From assembly GCA_044507735.1 (NCBI GenBank), contig JBIQJB010000001.1:160001-224000 (forward strand): 64,000 nt of DNA. Reading direction: 5' to 3'. Below, one piece after another: positions 60,376 through 64,000 of the stretch. The notes under the pieces are model-generated. The model was not told where the DNA came from, made no database searches, and was given only the letters and a program-made list of their open reading frames with translations. Every line of letters begins with the position of its first letter. The first letter of the stretch is position 1. Made by a program: the position numbers and the translations under genes. The stretch is from Nitrosopumilales archaeon. Its GTDB lineage: Archaea > Thermoproteota > Nitrososphaeria > Nitrososphaerales > Nitrososphaeraceae.

Positions 60376-61749
60376 ATGTTTGATAACTTACGCGAAGGCC
60401 TTAGGGGAGCCCTGAAAAAGATAGTAGGTGCGTCTGATATCAACGAAGAGCTCATAGATTCGCTCTGCAGGGATGTCCAGCGTGCGCTCTTGCAGTCGGA
60501 CGTCAACGTGAGGCTGGTGCTTTCCATAACCCAAAACCTTAAGCAGAGGGCGCTACAGGAGCAACCACCAAAGGGGCTTTCAAGAAAGGATCACATCGTC
60601 ACTATCTTGTATGGCGAGCTTGCCAAGATGCTCGGCTACTCCGGAGAGGTCATACAGACAATAGACAAGGCCAAGGAAGACGAGCGTGCGCTTGCGACCT
60701 CTTTCTTTAACCCTGGCAAGCAGAATGTCGTCCTTATGCTGGGTATTCAGGGAAGTGGCAAGACCACCGTTACCGCCAAACTGGCAAGATGGCTCACAAA
60801 GCATGGCTACAGGGTGGGAGTAGTGGGAGCAGACACATGGCGTCCCGGCGCGCTGACACAGCTAAAGATGAACTGCAGCAAGATCAACGTCGAGGTTTAC
60901 GGGGAGGAGGATAACAAAGATGCGGTCGCTATTGCGAAAAACGGTCTCGAGCACTTCAAGGATCAAAAACTCGACGTTGTAATAATTGATACTGCTGGGA
61001 GACACAAGGAGGAAGAAGGCCTGCTGCAGGAAATGAGCGACATGTACCGGGTCGCAACTCCTGATCTGGTGCTGCTTGTCATCGACGGCACCATAGGTCA
61101 GGGCGCGTTCAAACAGGCCGAAGCATTCCACAAGGCGGCGCCTGTAGGGGGCATTGTGATCACAAAGCTGGACGGCACCGCCAAAGGAGGTGGCGCACTG
61201 GCTGCATCGGCTGCGACAGGCGCAAAGGTGATGTTCATCGGCACTGGAGAGCGTATTGACGATCTTGAACAGTTCTCGCCAACGGGATTTGTTGGCAGAT
61301 TGCTTGGTATGGGCGATATCAAAGCGCTTTTGGAGATGGCAAGAGGACTTGAGCTTCAGGCAGATGAAAACCAAGTGAAGCGCTTGATGAGTGGCAAGAT
61401 GACAATAGAGGACTTTTACTCCCAGATGGAGCAGGTGAGCAAGATGGGATTTAGGAATGTGATAGAAAACCTGCCGGGGCTCTCAGGCATGGTCAAAGAA
61501 GATCAGCTTGATGCCATGCAGGTAAGAATGGAAAGATGGCGGTTTATCATACAATCTATGACAAAAGAGGAAAAGAAAGACCCCGATATCATCAACGAGT
61601 CGAGAAGAAAGCGCATAGCAAGAGGCTGTGGATTGCCAGAGAGCGAGATCAAGGCCATGATCAAACAATATAACGATTCTAAGACGATGATGAAGCAATC
61701 AAAGGGGAGACAGATGCAGGGGCTCTTGAGGAGATTTGGTCTTGGTTGA
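60376..61749 (+). CDS. srp54: Signal recognition particle protein SRP54
   Basis: GIQGSGKTT, DTAGRH, TKLDGTAKGGG, Met-rich M domain. Confidence 0.97.
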   Translation: MFDNLREGLRGALKKIVGASDINEELIDSLCRDVQRALLQSDVNVRLVLSITQNLKQRALQEQPPKGLSRKDHIVTILYGELAKMLGYSGEVIQTIDKAKEDERALATSFFNPGKQNVVLMLGIQGSGKTTVTAKLARWLTKHGYRVGVVGADTWRPGALTQLKMNCSKINVEVYGEEDNKDAVAIAKNGLEHFKDQKLDVVIIDTAGRHKEEEGLLQEMSDMYRVATPDLVLLVIDGTIGQGAFKQAEAFHKAAPVGGIVITKLDGTAKGGGALAASAATGAKVMFIGTGERIDDLEQFSPTGFVGRLLGMGDIKALLEMARGLELQADENQVKRLMSGKMTIEDFYSQMEQVSKMGFRNVIENLPGLSGMVKEDQLDAMQVRMERWRFIIQSMTKEEKKDPDIINESRRKRIARGCGLPESEIKAMIKQYNDSKTMMKQSKGRQMQGLLRRFGLG

Positions 61750-62836
61750 TGCCCGGACCATTTTATCGCTAAAGAAGCATTACAAGCTCTGCAAGCAATG
61801 TTCTGAAAGACATGGCTTCGCGGGAGCACGATCCGAGGATCAATGCTACATATGCCGCGGCCTCATGGATGACATTGACTCAATTGCAAAAAAGATACTC
61901 CGCGCTATGAAGGGGTATGAATTTGATACCTTCCTTATCGGTGCGACTTTGCCAACCCAGATATATGAGCGGGAGGATGCTCTGAGGGCTCGCCTGAAAA
62001 TACGCGGTGTGGAGAGTGCCAAGAACCAGCTAACACGCGAGCTTGGGATGCGGCTCAGCCGGCTTTTGAGAAAAAGAGTGGATTATTTGAAACCAGATGT
62101 TACGGTAAACTTGGCAATAGACAAGGAAAATAACATAGACATTGCAATCAAGTCAAGGCCTCTTGCAATTGCTGGCAAGTATGTCAAGACTGTGCGCGGC
62201 ATCTCTCAAAAGCAAGACAGATGCCCAAGTTGCGAAGGCAGAGGTTGCGATTCCTGCAAGTATTCCGGGCTGTCTGGCTTTGACAGCATTGAAGGCGCAA
62301 TTGCTGATGGGCTGATCGAAATGACCGGCGGCCAGACGCCGAAATTCTCTTGGATCGGAAGCGAAGATCAGGGCAGCTTGGTCCTCGGAAGCGGCAGGCC
62401 ATTTTACGCCCGAGTATTCAACCCAAAGAAAAGGAATCTGAAAAAGAAACAGATTAGAAAAGCAGGAATCATGCGGGCCACGATCTCTGTCCTCAAAGAA
62501 GAGCCAAAGCTCCAGCCTCGCTTCAGGGTCAGGACAAGGATTCACGCAAGATGCGAAAGAGAAATAACAAAAGGGGACATCAAGAAGCTTGGTGCACTCG
62601 CTGGCGCAGAAGTGAACTTTGAGAACAAATTCAAGACGGCGACCAAAAAGATCTATTCAGCCCGCGCTCGCAAAATCGACGACAAACAATTCATGCTTGC
62701 TATAGTAGCTGATGGAGGCCTGATGATAAAACAGTTTGTCGGAGGCGAAGAATACATGAAGCCAAACGTTTCGGAGATCGTTGGCGCCAAGTGCGAATGC
62801 ATCTCATTCGACGTTCTTGACGTTTCGCTTCAGTAA
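61736..62836 (+). CDS. pus10: Pus10-like tRNA pseudouridine synthase (divergent active site)
   Basis: N-terminal CxxC/CxxC, THUMP-like region, GKYVK..RGISQ, GSED...LGSGRPF, KPNVSE. Confidence 0.85.
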   Translation: MVLVDARTILSLKKHYKLCKQCSERHGFAGARSEDQCYICRGLMDDIDSIAKKILRAMKGYEFDTFLIGATLPTQIYEREDALRARLKIRGVESAKNQLTRELGMRLSRLLRKRVDYLKPDVTVNLAIDKENNIDIAIKSRPLAIAGKYVKTVRGISQKQDRCPSCEGRGCDSCKYSGLSGFDSIEGAIADGLIEMTGGQTPKFSWIGSEDQGSLVLGSGRPFYARVFNPKKRNLKKKQIRKAGIMRATISVLKEEPKLQPRFRVRTRIHARCEREITKGDIKKLGALAGAEVNFENKFKTATKKIYSARARKIDDKQFMLAIVADGGLMIKQFVGGEEYMKPNVSEIVGAKCECISFDVLDVSLQ

Positions 62837-62877
62837 CGTTTTTGTTTCAGAGGGGCAACATCTGTCAGCGGCAGCAG

Positions 62878-63600
62878 ATGAGCAATTTTGATCCGCTCTA
62901 CAAGGTTCACGACGCATTCAAATCGGGCCAGATCCAAAAAAAGATCTACGACCTTGTAGTCGAAAGGTTCCCCCTCGTTCTGGAAGGCATAAAGAGGGTG
63001 GAAGAAGCATCCGGCTTGAAATATCCATATTATTATGTTGAGCCGAGTCTTGTGGTTTCAACATCGGCAGTTGAGTTTACCCAGATGGGGATTTTGTTTG
63101 CAAGGACGATACCCGTCGTTGGTGATGATAACCTGCTGCGCGTGGTTGTCCAGATTACCGCTCCGCTCATCGCGCATGGTCTCAAGGGAACGATACATGC
63201 AATACTCGCTCACGAGTTCATGCACTATCTGGAGCTTGTGAGCAGGATAGTCAAGATGAAGGTAATATCAGATGAGGTATCCGGCACACTTTTCGAAGGG
63301 ACGTATGCAGATTCCTCCAGACTGCTTGACGAGCGCGCAGTGTTCAAGTCGGATCCTACTCTGATACGGCATATTACCGCCCGGTTCCCGGAGGGGTTCA
63401 GGGACATCAAGCTTGAGGACAAAGTGATCAAGATGTGGATGAATAAGGGTCTGCCTACAACAAAGGTTCCGATCGATGCAAACGTGATCAAGATCCCGAT
63501 TGAGGCCATGGCAAGGCTGCAGGTAGAGCAGGTGGTGAAAGATAAGATTACCGAGTTTGAAAGCGTGAAACTGCGAAAGAAAAAGACAGGTTATGTCTAG
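62878..63600 (+). CDS. Hypothetical protein with HExxH zincin-like motif
   Basis: AILAHEFMHYLE. Confidence 0.75.
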   Translation: MSNFDPLYKVHDAFKSGQIQKKIYDLVVERFPLVLEGIKRVEEASGLKYPYYYVEPSLVVSTSAVEFTQMGILFARTIPVVGDDNLLRVVVQITAPLIAHGLKGTIHAILAHEFMHYLELVSRIVKMKVISDEVSGTLFEGTYADSSRLLDERAVFKSDPTLIRHITARFPEGFRDIKLEDKVIKMWMNKGLPTTKVPIDANVIKIPIEAMARLQVEQVVKDKITEFESVKLRKKKTGYV

Positions 63601-64000
63601 TATTTCGCCTCAAGAACTTCAAGTCATCAGACAGTGCATCGGCAAAGTTGCAAAGAGACACATCGTTTCAGCCTTGTGCATTTACGGATCCCGTGTAGCA
63701 GGCTATGCCAGGCCTGACAGTGATATCGACATACTTGCTGTACTCGAAAATTATCCCTATATTGTCAAGTACGCCTACTTTACCGAGGAAGGAACAAAGC
63801 TATCAGTCCTCGCAGTTGACAAGAAGGCCCTAGAACGCGATGCAAGGACCGGCTTTCTTGGAGAATTTGTTGTAGGCCGGTTGCTACACATTTACGAGCC
63901 TATTGTCAATGCAGAATTTCTTGCAGCGATCGAGCGGGTCTACAAGCGGCGAGTCATCCTCGAAGAGGTACAGGACATTGTCAGTTCCGCTGGCGTTCTG
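63593..64000 (+). CDS. Nucleotidyltransferase (Pol-beta/MNT) domain protein, 3' truncated by window edge (not in ORF track)
   Basis: MSSISPQELQVIRQCIGKVAKRHIVSALCIYGSRVAGYARPDSDIDILAV: GS...DxD motif; start overlaps the upstream stop. Confidence 0.85.
   Translation, partial: MSSISPQELQVIRQCIGKVAKRHIVSALCIYGSRVAGYARPDSDIDILAVLENYPYIVKYAYFTEEGTKLSVLAVDKKALERDARTGFLGEFVVGRLLHIYEPIVNAEFLAAIERVYKRRVILEEVQDIVSSAGVL

Noticed and set aside
1-64000. CRISPR array or IS element
   Set aside because: No regularly spaced repeats, transposase motifs or terminal inverted repeats were seen.

Overview
64 kb of an archaeal chromosome, very probably an ammonia-oxidising Nitrososphaera-like thaumarchaeon. The assignment rests on an ADP-forming 4-hydroxybutyryl-CoA synthetase, PEF-CTERM and CFI-box-CTERM proteins, MEDS and stand-alone receiver proteins, and archaeal rpl15e, aIF5A, SRP54, Pus10, Dph6, RPA and Lhr. 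Most of the window is housekeeping or metabolic, with two tRNAs: Val-CAC, and Tyr-GTA carrying two introns and an unusual C54. I found no CRISPR array, integrase or transposase. Most interesting: (1) a phosphosulfolactate-synthase (ComA)-like protein with a degenerate active site fused to a winged HTH, lying beside a sulfonate-type ABC transporter whose ATPase is a decayed remnant, with a shared palindrome in both promoters (candidate enzyme-derived one-component sulfur regulator); (2) an unannotated ~135-nt multi-stem RNA candidate divergent from hsp20; (3) a degenerate Pus10; (4) several small membrane ORFs missed by the ORF track and a frameshifted response regulator. All calls come from motif recognition by eye; no searches were run.
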